IMG/VR virus record: IMGVR_UViG_3300037479_000209
Coordinates: 1-24,143 of that record
DNA: 24,143 nt
DNA from: a virus
Lineage: Duplodnaviria > Caudoviricetes
Reading direction: 5' to 3' (one strand)
Under the pieces are notes generated by a model, which saw only the letters and a list, made by a program, of their open reading frames with translations, ran no database searches and had not been told where the DNA came from. Position 1 is the stretch's first letter. Each line of letters begins with the position of its first letter. This document shows, one piece after another, positions 24,075 to 24,143 of the stretch. The position numbers and the translations under genes were made by a program.

Positions 24075-24094
24075 GAGTCTCGTCTCCCGCTCCA
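24075..24094 (+). repeat. attR core (duplicated tRNA 3' end)
   Basis: 20/20 identity with 108-127. Confidence 0.95.
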
Positions 24095-24143
24095 AACAAA
24101 AACCAATAAATGACATGAACCCACCTGATGAGACAGTTTATGT

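Larger units (their letters stand above)
108..24094. mobile_element. Integrated prophage or phage-like element (~23.97 kb when excised)
   Basis: Bounded by a 20-bp direct repeat of the tRNA 3' end; integrase, terminase, portal, capsid, lysis and replication genes lie inside. Confidence 0.95.

Noticed and set aside
24040-24094. Second tRNA gene at the right end
   Set aside because: Only the 3' 20 nt match; D and anticodon arms are absent.

Overview
The window is a complete ~24 kb prophage-like element integrated into the 3' end of a tRNA-Gly(CCC) gene. A 20-bp att core (GAGTCTCGTCTCCCGCTCCA) occurs at 108-127 and 24075-24094, with a tyrosine integrase at the right end and an excisionase-like HTH at the left. 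The host is possibly a GC-rich Chloroflexota bacterium; this is only inferred from repeat style. Layout: (i) a leftward accessory block (Zn-finger gene between two 28-bp palindromes, XRE/antitoxin-like/RelE-ParE-like trio, SWIM, HNH); (ii) a ~1.1 kb non-coding region with a 273-nt rod-like fold-back carrying promoter hexamers; (iii) a rightward late operon (holin, amidase-glucosaminidase endolysin, TerS, TerL, Com-like gene, 1000-aa portal-MuF-SLOG/DprA-like-DUF4326 fusion, protease-scaffold-capsid fusion, C1q-tipped fibre, connector, Dit-like and Gp37-like tail-tip proteins, but no recognisable tail tube or tape measure); (iv) a leftward early operon (initiator with internal iterons, DnaA-C-like HTH, membrane proteins) with antisense promoter/hairpin units. 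The most notable signals are the portal polyprotein with a putative cleavable cargo and a heptamer frame switch, the tube-less virion module, RNA-level gating of the late operon, and the Frpo/sso-like hairpin. All family calls are by-eye motif recognition, not database searches.
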